A DNA stretch of 64,000 bases from Octopus sinensis (lineage: Eukaryota). A model generated the notes under the pieces. The model was not told the origin of the DNA. It searched no databases and worked only from the letters and a program-made list of their open reading frames with translations. Of this stretch, positions 39,165 through 52,212 are shown one piece after another; the first letter of the stretch is position 1; each line of letters starts with the position of its first letter. The position numbers and the translations under genes are program-made. The stretch is from positions 55,924,001 through 55,988,000 of the forward strand of contig NC_043008.1 of NCBI RefSeq assembly GCF_006345805.1, written 5' to 3'.

Positions 39165-39507
39165 GACACATTGCCTGCCCACCTCCACAACAAAAGATAA
39201 ATGATTATCATCATGGTTAGAATACACTGGGTCACGGATTAACCGAGGGTTAAAAACAATGACAGCAACAACTAGTTTTTAAATGTTTCTTCCCATTTTT
39301 CGTCAGAGTTTTCCTTCATTTGTATGGAGGCCCTTCAATTTAACCCTTTTACCATTTTTCTGTTGAAATACATTGCCATTGTGTGAATTAATTTTTTTAA
39401 AAAGGTGTTGAATATGCTGTGACTGCGAAGACCCGACAAATAAAGTGAGTTCACGGCTGTATCCTACACGATTTTCACATAACCAGCCCCAGCCCATTCA
39501 AAAGTAC

Positions 39508-39962
39508 CTTGGATCGTAGGATGACCTGCTGTACTTACCTTGGATCGTAGGGTGACCTGCTGTGCTTGAGGAGACCTATTGAGTCAAGTACATCAACATC
39601 AACATAAAAATCAAATGGAAATTGTAGTTGTGATACCCATGCCGGTGGCATGTAAAAGGCACCATCCGAACATGGCTCATGCCAGTGCCGCCTTGACTGG
39701 CTTCCTTGCTAGTGGCATGTAAAAAGCACCAACCGATCATGGCCGTTGCCAGACTCCTTGGCCCCTGTGCCAGTGGCATGTAAAAAGCACCCACTACACT
39801 CACGGAGTGGTTGGCATTAGGAAGGGCATCCAGCTGTAGAAACACTGCCAGATCAGACTGGAGCCTGGTGCAGCCTCCTGGCTTCCTAGACCCTGGTCGA
39901 ACCATCCAACCCATGCCAGCATGGAAAACGGATGTTAAATGATGATGATGATGATGATGATG
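39508..39962 (+). mobile_element. Family B retroposon, longest copy (31-bp tandem duplication at 5' end, three internal units)
   Basis: taccttggatcgtagg.tgacctgctgt.ct twice; gtggcatgtaaaa three times; core; GAT tail. Confidence 0.85.
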
Positions 39963-40299
39963 ATTGAAGAATTTAATAAAATAAATTTGTTGTTATTAAG
40001 AAGCTGGAGTTAGGAACAGAAAACAGTAATCACAATGAAATTTTAACGAGAGATTTTAATTTAGATTTTAAATGTGAAATGGAATCTGTATCAGAACAAA
40101 AAGTGATTTGGTTTCAGACAGGTTGGTATGAAAATAGTTAATCAGGAAGAATTTATATTTAGAGAAAAGCGAAATGTTTGCTTGCAAAGAACTCTATAAC
40201 CTCTGTTAAAAGTTCTTGTATCCACTTTTCCCTTTCAAAATAATCATTCCGTTTATTTCTGGCTCGTCTTGCTCTACCTGTTCTACAACTGCATGCACA

Positions 40300-40436
40300 C
40301 GCTCACACACACACACACACACACACATACACACACACTCGCTCTCTTTCTCTCTCTCTCCCTATCTCTTTCTCTCTCTCTCTTTCTCTCTCTCTCTTTC
40401 TCTCCTTCTCTCTCTTTCTCTCCCTCTCTCTTTCTT

Positions 40437-40467
<31 letters not shown>

Positions 40468-40497
40468 CCCTCTCTCTTTCTCTCTCTCCCCCCTCTC

Positions 40498-40546
<49 letters not shown>

Positions 40547-40559
40547 TTCTCTCTCTTTC

Positions 40560-40655
<96 letters not shown>

Positions 40656-40680
40656 TTCTTTCACACCCACACATACACAC
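40300..40680. repeat. Compound (CA)/(CT)/(CTGT) microsatellite
   Basis: Seen directly. Confidence 0.95.
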
Positions 40681-41184
40681 AAACTAAAACATGATTAAAA
40701 TATTTAGCTGAGTAGTTCAGTTATTTTATATATGTGTGGGTGGTATTTTGTTGCTTAAGACATGCTTATTATGATTTTGCTGACGGTGGTTTCACAAGTC
40801 TTAACCGATACACACCTGTTGAAGCTTCGAAGTCACTGTTGATAAAATCATAATAAATAAAATCTACGCTTGCATTGAGTTCGTGATTCGTGTCAGCATT
40901 CATTTGCTTTCCAGCATATCAAAACACCAATTTTTAACTATATATTTGTGTGTATATGTATGTATATGTATTTGTGTGTGTGTAATGCATACGTACATGC
41001 TAGCATAGAAGAGCGGATGTAAAATGAACAAATCACACATGCACACACACAACACACACACACACACACACACACCACACACACACACACACACACCACC
41101 ACACACACACACACACACACACACAGAGAATATTTGTTTGGTCTGTATGCTTGTGTATGCATGCAATTGTATATGTGTGTGTGT

Positions 41185-41377
41185 GTGTGTCCCTAGCATT
41201 GTTTGACAACCGATGCTGGTGTGTTTAGGTCTCCGTTACTTAGCAGTTCGGCAAAAAGAGACCGATAGAATAAGTACTGGGCTTACAAAAGAATAAGTCC
41301 CGGAGTCGAGTTGCTCGATTAAGGCGGTGCTCCAGCATGGCCGCAGTCAAATGACTGAAACAAGTAAAAGAGTAAAA

Positions 41378-41380
<3 letters not shown>
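41185..41380 (+). mobile_element. SINE family A 3' half
   Basis: ccctagcattg...aagtaaaagagtaaaagaa followed by (TA)n. Confidence 0.85.
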
Positions 41381-41467
<87 letters not shown>

Positions 41468-41469
<2 letters not shown>

Positions 41470-41758
41470 GTAATCCAAACAAGAAAGCACAAAACAACAC
41501 AACAACGCGAGGATGTGGAAAAAATATAGTATTATTGGACGCTCAGGAAAGAAGGAAAGAAGGAGGGTTTAACGTTTCGAGCGGAGCTCTTCGTCGGAAA
41601 CATAGAAGGAAAGATCCAGAGAAGGGAAGACAGAGGAAAAAATCGCCAACGGTACACACAAGGTCACATTTTTAGTGTGTAATGTATTTGTTTTATCATA
41701 CAAAAATATAAAATTATTCAGTGTATTCACACTCGTGTCGGAAGTGCCTATGGTGTGT

Positions 41759-41765
<7 letters not shown>
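41468..41765 (-). mobile_element. Penelope-like terminal-repeat-derived element (c), flanked on both sides by (TA)n
   Basis: Clear similarity to 34257-34470 and 61735-61920; carries a hammerhead motif. Confidence 0.7.
41567..41601 (-). ncRNA. Hammerhead motif, U4>C variant
   Basis: gttt-CCGACGA-A-GAGC/tcc/GCTC-GAAA-C-GTT-aaac on the minus strand. Confidence 0.65.
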
Positions 41766-41826
<61 letters not shown>

Positions 41827-42083
41827 ATACTTTTCAAGGCAGTGCTCCGGCTTGGCTGCAGTCAGATGCTTGAAACTAGAACTAGTAAAAGAAATAAAGA
41901 GTATGTATTGTGTGTGTATACATTATGTATGTATATTGGATTATATATACATACATATATATGTGTGTGTGTGTGTGTATATATATCTATGTATGTATAT
42001 CTCTATGTATGTATGTATATATATATACGTTTATATATGTGTGTATATATATGTATATATATATATATATGTATGTGTGTATA

Positions 42084-42121
<38 letters not shown>

Positions 42122-42123
<2 letters not shown>

Positions 42124-43004
42124 GGGTGTGGTGAATAAACTGTTGTCTAAGTTATGCAAAAATGAAAATAACTCTGACGTCTCATTTTAACAGATATATT
42201 TAGCAAAATTACATAAAAATATCTCGAAATACTAAAGAGTAAATTTATTCAATAAAATCTCCATTATCTTCAACCACAGCCTCTAGGCAACTTAGGATTC
42301 TCCTTCAACTCTTCCTTGTTTAAGTTGGTGAATGCTGCCATAATCCTTGCCTTCAGTTCATCTTTGGCATTTCAAGGAGCTTTTTTGGTCTCATGTTCCA
42401 CTGTGCTCCACACACAATAACGAAGGGGTTGCAGTCTGGGGAGTTAGGTGGCCAGATGTTAAGGGGTGATGTGGTCACAGAAATTGCTTGACAGCCATGA
42501 CTGGGCCCTCCTGCTTGTGTGGCATGGTATAGAGTCCTGTTGCCAGACATCGGATCTTCCAACAGCCACCCTCTTCACCCAGGGCAGCACTACTTCCTCC
42601 AGGCACTTGATGGAGGCCTCCATGTTGAGCCTGAGGCTGTGTGGGAAGATGAATGGAGGCATAATGTTGCCATAACTAGTGATTACCCCAAACACCATGT
42701 TGTTGATTGGATGTTGATTTTTATAACTCTTGGTACATGTCCCCAGATTGCTCTGTCCTCAGATTGACATCCAAATACTCTGAAATTTTACATTGGAGCT
42801 TCTGGTGAGAATGCCAAGCACTACAGCATATCATTTCCAAATTTCTAGCAGAGTGAATTGTATCATGGTGCTGTCTTTGTTACAGACGGTGCCCAACTGA
42901 CCCTACTATACTGCGTAGTCAACAAAATCAAAAACAAACTATACAATGTGCAAGCGCGAAATTAAAAATATTTAATGGCAACAATTTACCTATCGCACCC
43001 TCTG
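42122..43004 (-). mobile_element. Tc1/mariner (maT/DD37D-like) internally deleted transposon
   Basis: VFGVITS.G..MPPFIFP...WQQDS.PCHTS...WPPNSPDCNP motifs; imperfect TIRs gggtgtggtgaataaa / ttacctatcgcaccc in TA context. Confidence 0.85.
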
Positions 43005-44241
43005 TGTGTGTGTGTGTGTGTGTGTGTATCTGTCTGTCTTGTCCCCCACTACCATTTGACAACTGGTGTTGGTTTGTTTATGTTCCTGTTACTTAGCAGT
43101 TTGACATAAGAAGCTGATAGAATAAATACCAGTTTAAAAAGATGTGGCCCTCGTCCAGTGACTGAAATAAGTAAAAGATAAAAAAATGATGAATGTTAGA
43201 GATTAATACTAGGCAAAAATGGCAACACAACGCCGCTTCAGAGTCTCAAATTTATTAAGTTCATGAGACAATATAGTCCTATATTATCCCTCAGAAAAAA
43301 AAAAAAAAAGCAGTATGGTCACGGTTGGAGTGACTTTGATTATAGGTTTGCTCAGTGAGGTTTGACCCAGGGCTAAGCAATAACAGTATCAAATAGCATT
43401 AAATTGTGTTGATGATAATTCGTAGACACATCCTAAATTGATAGCTCTACACACTCTTACATGTCAGGTTGGTCACAACTGGAATGCCTTTGATCATAGG
43501 TTAGCTCAATGAAGGTTAACCCAGGGTTAAACAACAACAGCAATCTTTGAATTATGATGGTAATGCTTCATAGTGCTATGTACCCTTAATTGTCAAGGCA
43601 GTCATGGCTGGTATGCTTTCATCTGCTTCTGGGTCTGTTTGGTCAGGTTTGGCTCAGGGTTATACAACAACAAATAAACGACAATTAATGTTTATTGATA
43701 ATTATTGCTAATAATAGCTGCTTTTCTAATAATAGAATCAAAGAATATTTATCAAATTTACTTCCTTGCTAATTACCCCATTTCAAAGGTTACCATAATG
43801 AATTGGGTGTGTTTGTGTGGCAAATAGCACTTTTGTATGTTCTTGTTGTTGTTCTTGCTGCTGTCTATGGCTCACAATGGAGTGGATCTTTGATCAGAAG
43901 TATTTTACACATAAACTTGTCAAATATGTGATTGAATGTCACTTTTTGTTTCTAAACATAGGTGGGTGCGATTCGAGAAACATGTGCTGCTATTTCTAGC
44001 ATGTCGAAAAACGCAGCCCAGAGCAAGCATAGGCAACATTTCCTAAGAAGTGGATTGCATGAGACATGGCTCATTGTTAGGAAGGCATCACAACAAAAAG
44101 AATCCAATGTAGTTTTTCATTGGCTTACAATTTAGAAAATCCTGCTGCCCCCCCCCCCCGTTCATGACTGGTATAGAAGCTCTCCTATATATCTGTATAT
44201 TTGTATGTATGTGTCTGTGTCTGTGTGAATATATATATATA

Positions 44242-44626
44242 TCTCTTTTTCTCATTTTGACTGCGGCCATGTTGAAGCACTGCCTTTAATTGAGCAACTC
44301 GACCCTTTATGAGCCCAGTACTTATTCTATCGGTCTCTTTTGCCGAACCGCTAAGTGACGGGGACATAAACACACCAGCATCGGTTGTCAAGCAATGCTA
44401 GGGGGACAAAGACAGACACACAAACATACATGCACATACATACATATATATACATATATACGACGGGCTTCTTTCAGTTTCCGTCTACCAAATCCACTCA
44501 CAAGGCTTTGGTCGGCTCGAGGCTATAGTAGAAGACACTTGCCCAAGGTGCCACGCAGTGGGACTGAACCCGGAACCATGTGGTTGGTAAGCAAGCTACT
44601 TACCACACAGCCACTCCTGCACCTAT
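44242..44626 (-). mobile_element. SINE family A
   Basis: Same modules. Confidence 0.88.
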
Positions 44627-44632
44627 GCATAG

Positions 44633-44838
44633 GAAAGTTCCTGGATTTAAAGGTATCCCAAAAGGCCTGGTTGGAGACCCAGCCTTCTGTGTTCTTTTAC
44701 GGGTCTTAGAAAAACTGAAAGACCGCTGAAATAAGTGTGTGAATCTGAGAAGAGAACATGTTGAATGGAATCATAATTAACCGATCCTCCTGCATTTTCT
44801 TTTACCCAAAGCCAGAAACGGTTCAGCACCCCCTCATA
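44633..44838 (+). mobile_element. mariner-derived MITE (left end damaged)
   Basis: Right TIR aaagccag..ttcagcaccccctcata; internal remnant of transposase C-terminus (gtcttagaaaaactgaaagaccgctg...). Confidence 0.7.
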
Positions 44839-44842
44839 CCTC

Positions 44843-45209
44843 TTACTCTCTTTTACTCTTTTACTTGTTTCAGTCATTTGACTGCAGCCATGCTGGAGCA
44901 CCGCCTTTAGTCGAGCAACTCGACCCTGGGACTTATTCTTTGTGTAAGCCCAGTACTTATTCTATCGGTCTCTTTTTGCCGAACCGCTAAGTGATGGGGA
45001 CGTAAACACACCGGCATCGGTTGTCATGCAATGCTAGGGGAACAAACACAGACACACAAACATACACGCACATACATATATATACATATATACGACAGGC
45101 TTCTTTCAGTTTCCGTCTACCAAATCCACTCACAAGGCATTGGTCGGCCCGGGGCTATAGCAGAAGACACTTGCCCAAGATGCCACGCAGTGGGACTGAA
45201 CCCGGAACC
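44843..45209 (-). mobile_element. SINE family A, 5' end clipped inside the tRNA head
   Basis: Same modules. Confidence 0.88.
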
Positions 45210-45639
45210 TATATGTAAATTCAACGGAAATTAAATCCTTAAATTGTGTCGTGACAAATTACCCAGTATTTAGATCTCCCTATATATTTCCATTCCATTC
45301 TTGTACTGTAATTGTATCCTTTGTTGTGAGATCCGGGTTTGATTATTACACAAATTGTATGTAGGGAACAAAACAAAACAAAGCGTGAAAGACATTTGGT
45401 TAGTCACACCATCTTATGTTTCATTAACATAAGGATATTAATTGTTATAAAATACAGTTTGCATAATTAAGACCTATTATCAATTTGGACAATACTCATT
45501 ATCAACAGAGTTGACTAAAGGAATGTAAAATAAACTATCTTGTCCAATGATCACAATACACGTCATTACCTGGTCATGGGTGGGATTGAACCATCAACCT
45601 TATGATTGTGAAACCAATACCCTAACTATAAGGCTGTGT

Positions 45640-46063
45640 CATGTGATCACGTGACCGACCAGGCTATCAGATGTTGTTCCACATTGCTGGTCACAATGCG
45701 TTTCGCATTGTTTTAGCCTTCAAACGATGCCACCCTGCTGGCTAAGCGAGCAGGCCAAGAGAAGAAAGAGTGAGAGAAAGTTGTGGCGAAAGAGTACAGC
45801 AGGGATCGCCACCACCCCCTGCCGGAGCCTCGTGGAGCTTTTTAGGTGTTTTCACTCAATAAACACTCACAATGCTCGGTCTGGGAATCGAAACCATGAT
45901 CCTACGACCACGAGTCTGCTACCCTAACCACTGGGCCATTGCGTTTCCACATAAGGCTATGTGTCTTCACATAGGAATCGAAACCGTGATCCTACGACCG
46001 CGAGTCCACTGCCCCAACCACTGGTCCATTGCGTTCCCACATAAGGCTATGTGTCTTCACATA
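45640..46063 (-). mobile_element. SINE family D with tandemly duplicated head
   Basis: atcacgtgaccgacc tail; 90-bp units at 45884-45973 and 45974-46063. Confidence 0.85.
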
Positions 46064-46371
46064 TATAGAAGATTATACTTATCATCATCATCATTGTTTT
46101 CAATACTTGTATTGGTCAGACAGAATTTGATGAAGTGGATTTTTCTACAGCTGGATGCCCTTCCTGTCACCAACCCTCATCTGTTTCCAAGTAAGGTAAT
46201 ATTTCCCCGTGACCAGACATGTTTTTACGGAAGATAGGAAACGAAGGACTCTACTTTGCATGATGGGGACATGTGTTTGCAACCACCACTTGAAGTCAAG
46301 CCAAAGAAGCTGGCGTTCCATCAGTTATGATGATGAGTGATCCAGTTGATTGTTGTTTGTTCCTTCTCAAA

Positions 46372-46660
46372 CCACACCTGGCTCATAGGGCCGGTTTCCT
46401 GGTTTCCTTGGCGTATAGGTTCCCCACCTGGACGGGACGCCGGTCTGTCGCAGGTGAGCTGCAAAATGCAGGAGGAAAGAGAGCGAGAAAGATGTGGCGA
46501 AAGAGTCAGTGGAATGTTTCGCCATTACCTTCTGCCGGACCCGCGTGGAGCTTAGGTGTTTTCGCTCATAAACATACACATCGCCCGGTCTGAGATTCGA
46601 ACCCGCGATCCCTCGACCGCGAGTCTGCTGCTCTAACCACTAGGCCATGTGCCTCCACAT
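46372..46660 (-). mobile_element. SINE family F
   Basis: Homologous to 20928-21224. Confidence 0.85.
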
Positions 46661-46952
46661 CCAGTCGATTCACTCAACCAAACTTCTTGTGAAATTACTG
46701 TGCAAGTGGCTGGGCTGAGTACTCCACAGACATGCATAACCACAACATAGTTCTCAAGGAGATTCAGTGTGACACAGAATGTGACAAGGCTGGCCCTTTG
46801 AAATACAGGTACAACTGGTTTTTGCCAGCTGAGTGGACTGGAGTAATGTGACATTAAGTGTCTTGCTCAGGGACACTATGCACTGCTGGGTATTGAACCC
46901 AATAACCTTATGATTGTGTGCTGAATACCCTAACCACTTAGCTACATGCCTT
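46661..46952 (-). mobile_element. SINE family G (E-type head and CORE, G-type body)
   Basis: Reverse complement of 53238-53525. Confidence 0.75.
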
Positions 46953-46990
46953 CTTAGCTAGGCAAGGAAACAATAAAACACACATTCATA

Positions 46991-47222
46991 TACAAGGGGG
47001 TGGGTGCTGAAAAGTTCCTGTCTTTAAGGGTATTGCAAAAGGCCAGGTTGGAGACCCCCCCCCCCAACTTCCAAGTTCTTTTATAGGGCTTAGAACATCT
47101 GAAGGACCACTGCAATAAGTGTGTAAATCTGAAAGGAGAATATGTTGAATAAAATCATAATTATCTGACCCTCCTATATTTTCTTTTACCTAAAGCCAGG
47201 AACTTTTCAATTCCCCCTTGTA
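46991..47222 (+). mobile_element. mariner-derived MITE
   Basis: TA-flanked TIRs (tacaagggg..gctgaaaagttcctg / caggaacttttca..ccccttgta); retains GLEHLKDHCNKCVNLKGEYVE*, a typical mariner C-terminus. Confidence 0.8.
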
Positions 47223-47241
47223 TACACATATATATATGTAT

Positions 47242-47379
47242 GTAATACTTTATAATTAGGGTTCAGCAAAGATTTGCTTTACCACATACCGAAGTTTAGA
47301 AATAGCAGTCAAAAAACCTTAGCTATTTCTTCTACTTCAAAAAGCAAATCTTTGCTGAACCCTAATTATAAAGTATTAC
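47242..47379. repeat. Fold-back element: perfect 39-bp terminal inverted repeats plus inner imperfect stem
   Basis: gtaatactttataattagggttcagcaaagatttgcttt ... aaagcaaatctttgctgaaccctaattataaagtattac; inner gaag..agaaatagc / gctatttct..cttc. Confidence 0.9.
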
Positions 47380-48192
47380 TTAAGCTTACTGTGAAATGGT
47401 CTTTTTCATGCCGAATTCTACTTGGTGAAATTATTGATTACTTCTTAATTAATTAATTTTACCCTTTGTTATTATATATATATATATATAGCCTTCGGGC
47501 TAAAACATTTTTAAGGATTTTAAGGATTTATATATATGACAGGTTTCATTCAGTTTCCATCTATCAAATCCACTTACAAGGTTTTGTTTTGCTCAAGGCT
47601 ATAGCAGAAAACGCTTACCCAAGGTGCCATGCGGTGGGACTGAACCCATGGCTATGTTGTTGCAAACCAAACTCCTCGCCACACAGGCGTACCTATACGA
47701 TTATACGATTATGCCTGTACCTATACGATTATAGAATTAAAAACAAATATGTCAAATTGACATGTTATTTTTATCTATACAAACATGGGAAAACAGATGT
47801 TTTAACTGATGATATTAAGGGCTTTTTTAGCTTCCTTTTTTATTACTGTTTTTACCGTTGTAAGGTGGAACTTACATTAAATTCTGTTGGCGCTGTCTTC
47901 GGTGATGTCATTCTTTCCCCTTCGTGCATGACTCTCATTTAGAATTCTCAATAAGTTTTTTTTTTGTTTTTTTTTTGCTTTTTGTCTTTTTACATGGTAT
48001 TTGTCATGGGTTCTATTAAATGTCTATATTTCCTCTGTTAATAAGTGAATAATAATGTTTTTCTGCCCCCTCTGACAGACAGCAAACTGACAAGGATCTA
48101 TCTACCTATTCCATTTCTGTTACTCTACATGCATGCAGTACTGAACAGGTTCAGTTTTGTCTGGGGAAAACTTCTAGAAAGTTTAGTCTACA

Positions 48193-48422
48193 TGTTTCTT
48201 TACTACCCACAAGGTGCTAAACATAGAGGGGACAAAAAAGGATAGACAAACGGATTGAGTCGATCACATCGACCCCAGTGCGTAACTGGTACTTAATTTA
48301 TCGACGCCGAAAGGATGAAAGGCAAAGTCGACCTCGGTGGAATTTGAACTCAGAACATAACGGCAGACGAAATACCGCTAAGCATTTCGCCCGGCATGCT
48401 AACGACTCTGCCAGTTCGCTGC
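48193..48422 (-). mobile_element. SINE family C
   Basis: 19-bp TSD ctagaaagtttagtctaca (48174-48192, 48423-48441). Confidence 0.9.
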
Positions 48423-48677
48423 CTAGAAAGTTTAGTCTACAGCCTAATTTTCAATCTCATTTGAAGCTGTTTCATTTCAGTTAATGTTTATTATGGCTTC
48501 TCAGATAGATATAGAAGTTAATTTAACTGTTCACAGCCCTGCCTTAAAATATTGCCCTTTTTTTCTTGTTATTTGTTGTTGTTTTTTTTATTTCGTGGCT
48601 GGTCAAAATAAATTGATATTGACAAAAAGAAATTACACTATAGACATGTGTGTGTGTATGTATGTGATAAGCCTACT

Positions 48678-48708
<31 letters not shown>

Positions 48709-49078
48709 CGCTGAAATCATCATCATCATCAAACATCCGTTTTCCATGCAGGCATGGATTGGATGATTTGAAAGGAGCTGGCAAGCCAGAGGACCACACC
48801 AAAGTGCCATTTTTTGCCTTGGAATGGTTTCTACAGCTGGATGCCCTTCCTTAAGACATACACACATACACATACACATAAACATGTGCACAGATATATG
48901 CGTATGTATATCATATATATGTGTGTGTGTATATATATGTGTATATACATGTATATATGTGTACATGTGTGTTTATATATATGTATATATGTGTACATGT
49001 GTATTTATATGTATATATGTATGTGTATATATGTATATGTATGTATATATACATCTATTTGTGTATGTGTATGCGCAT

Positions 49079-49112
<34 letters not shown>

Positions 49113-49890
49113 GTATGGCTGTGTAGTTAAGCACCTTATTTCCCACTCATGTGGTCACACACACAGTTCAGACACACAGCACAGCATTTTCAGGTGAGTG
49201 TCTTCTATTATAGATAGTCCTGGCTTGCCTGGGACAAGAAAACCCCTCCAGTGCCAGTACCATAATAAAATGCACTCAGTACAGTCTGTAAAATTCTTGG
49301 TGATAGTAAAGACATCCAACCAGAGAAACCAAGCTCCAGAATGGTCTTGTACTTGTGGCCATACAAGCACTCTTGCTTCTAAATATTGGATGTTTACTTT
49401 CCATGCTATGTTTGATGTAAAGAGAGAATAAGCAATACTAATTGTCTTAATTACTGTATAATTTACAAACGAGCACTCTTTCCTCCCAATTAATAAATCG
49501 TGCTAATATTCTTCTTTCTAATCCTGTTCTATGCCAATAGTTTTTTTTTTTTTCCCCTCTGCAAGTGTCTTTCTCCTATCATTGTTGCCTGAAATTTTTC
49601 CTTTTTGTACAAGTCTTATTAGTAAATTCTCTTTTCTGTATTTCTAATTTGATAAGAAACACACACACATACAAAAAAAACAAAAAAAACCTCACAAAAA
49701 ACACTCATCCTTTGATATTGCCCTCCATCATGCCTCGGGGCCCTTGTGGCCAATGAAAGAAATCATCATCATCATTGTTGTTGTTGTTGTTAATTAACCC
49801 AAATTTATGATTATAAATAGCTTTCCATGACAAATTTGTTTTTGTCAACAAAGAAGTGTGAAACTTTTAATTCAAAGTTCAGGTTCAATG

Positions 49891-49944
<54 letters not shown>

Positions 49945-50252
49945 TTTATTACTATTTTCGTCATCATCATCATCATTGTCATCAACATCATCATCATCAT
50001 CTTCGTCGCTATGATTGTCATTGTCATTTTCAAAACCACAGAATCATCCTCATTGTCATTACTATTATTGCACACTCATCATCATTGCTATTTTCATCAA
50101 CATAGATGCAGGACATATCTATGTGATTTACAGGCTCATTTTGCAATCAAATGGTTTTGGGTTCAGTCCCACTGCGTGGAACCTTGGACAAGTGTTTTTT
50201 TTTTCTACTATAGCTCTGGGCCAACCAACACCTTGAGAGTGGCATATACCTA

Positions 50253-50305
<53 letters not shown>

Positions 50306-50378
50306 TACACACGCACACACATACATACATAGATATGTACACACCCACACATGCATATATATGTATATATATATATAT

Positions 50379-50579
50379 GTTGATTCGTTAGCTACTGCAC
50401 GCATTTTTTTTCTCTCCTTCTTTCTGTGTTTTTCTCTCTCTGTGTATCTTTCTGTGAAGAGCGTAGGCTCGAAACGTTAAAGACTTGTTTTATTTATATT
50501 TCCTGAGCGCCATACTAATACAATTGTTCGTTTGTCTTCCACCTGCCTTCGATTTTGTTTATTTTCATAAAGCTTCCCG

Positions 50580-50580
<1 letters not shown>
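50379..50580 (+). mobile_element. Penelope-like terminal-repeat-derived element (d), related subfamily, inside a 113-bp direct duplication
   Basis: Hammerhead motif plus tttcctgagcg..aata tail shared with b, c and e. Flanks 50266-50378 and 50581-50693 are identical. Confidence 0.7.
50447..50483 (+). ncRNA. Hammerhead motif, 1-nt core deletion
   Basis: tcttt-CTGTGA-A-GAGC/gtag/GCTC-GAAA-C-GTT-aaaga (5-bp helix I). Confidence 0.6.
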
Positions 50581-50620
<40 letters not shown>

Positions 50621-50672
50621 TACACACGCACACACATACATACATAGATATGTACACACCCACACATGCATA

Positions 50673-50719
<47 letters not shown>

Positions 50720-52212
50720 ATTGTTGTTTACACATCTTTATGGTAGCCACTGAAACAAGAAGTGAGAAAGACATTTATTTCAGTTGAGAGATAGATTATT
50801 TGTTACTGATTAGCCCTAGGTCACTCCTCATTGAGTAGGTCTATATGCAAAGGCATTTTGTCCAAGACCATCTCATCTTTTATTGGAATACAGTGCATCT
50901 AGGACTACTTTATGTAATGTGGCTTCTTTTTTTTTTTTAATATATGGGCGATTTGAGGGAGATTCGGTTGCAGTTTTTAGAAGGTTATGGAGCCTGTTGC
51001 AACCTTTTTCATTAATACATGGAGCATTAAAAAGCTAATTAGATATAAATGTTTTGAGGCAAACTTAAAGACTGGACAGACAAATAGACAAAGCTGACAG
51101 ATATGGTAATGTTTGCACTGGATATATGAAATATTTAAAATATTTAACTAGAAATAGTTATGTGGTAAAATGCACAAACTGGCTTCCAGAGATGTTGACA
51201 TATAGACAAGATAGACAGACAGACAAGTTAGTGTTAATATATTTAATATAAAGAAAACTTAAAAAAGTTAACTAAAAGAAAAGGTCGAAATAAGCAGATA
51301 GACAGAGATAAGAGTTAACATATTTTAATGTGGAATATTTCAAAAGTTAACCATGTGGTGAAAGAGGAAAAAATTCCAAAACTGTTTTAGTGAATGACTA
51401 ATATATATATATATGTATATATCTTTTCATATTTTTGACAGCAAGTTTAGAAGAGTTAGCATGGCGGATTAGTCATGTCTGAATTTAAACCTTGCTTGAG
51501 CACAATGATTAGAGCATGGTTTGAACTCTGCTCTAATATAGGTCAGTAATCCAGTCTTTTGATCGTTTATCTGCAGCCGCCTCTAAGTAAATGTAATTTA
51601 TTGATATAGTAAGATAAGTGGAGAAGGGGGAAAATAGGTCATTAAAATATGAAACTAGTGTAAATATTGATTTGTCAGGACTGCAGGAAGGAGGAGATTT
51701 GTTGTTTTAATAAAACCCTGAATATCAACCCACCTGGGACTAACCTTAGATACAGTAATCTTTTATCGTTTGTCCTTGTTTCAATCATTGGACTGCAGCC
51801 CATACTGGAGCACCCTTAGAAGCTTTAGTCAAACAAATTGACCTTAGTACTTATTTTTCTTATTCTATCAGACTCTTTTCTGAAGCGCTAAGTAATAGAA
51901 ATGTAAACAAACCAACATTGGTTGACAATCGGTAATGACAATGGTGGTGTTGGTGGTGTTGGGTGGGTGGGTGGTGGATTCAGACCATGTTTTTTTTTTT
52001 CATGTCTGTTTATTTGTACACCAGTAGATATGTTGCTGATAGAGCCAAATTGAACAATATTGTCCTGGGTGTTGAAACTGTGGTGATATTTGGTCGATAA
52101 GTGATGAGGGGGTCAAGCATGTCTGCATCCATTGTGTGTGTGTGTGTGTGTGTTCCTGTTATTCTGTATGCTCCTTTGCCATCTCCCTGCACAACATTTA
52201 TATCATATATAT

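Noticed and set aside
40810-40860. CTGTTGA..CGAAG as another hammerhead
   Set aside because: Lacks GAAA, helix II and helix I pairing.
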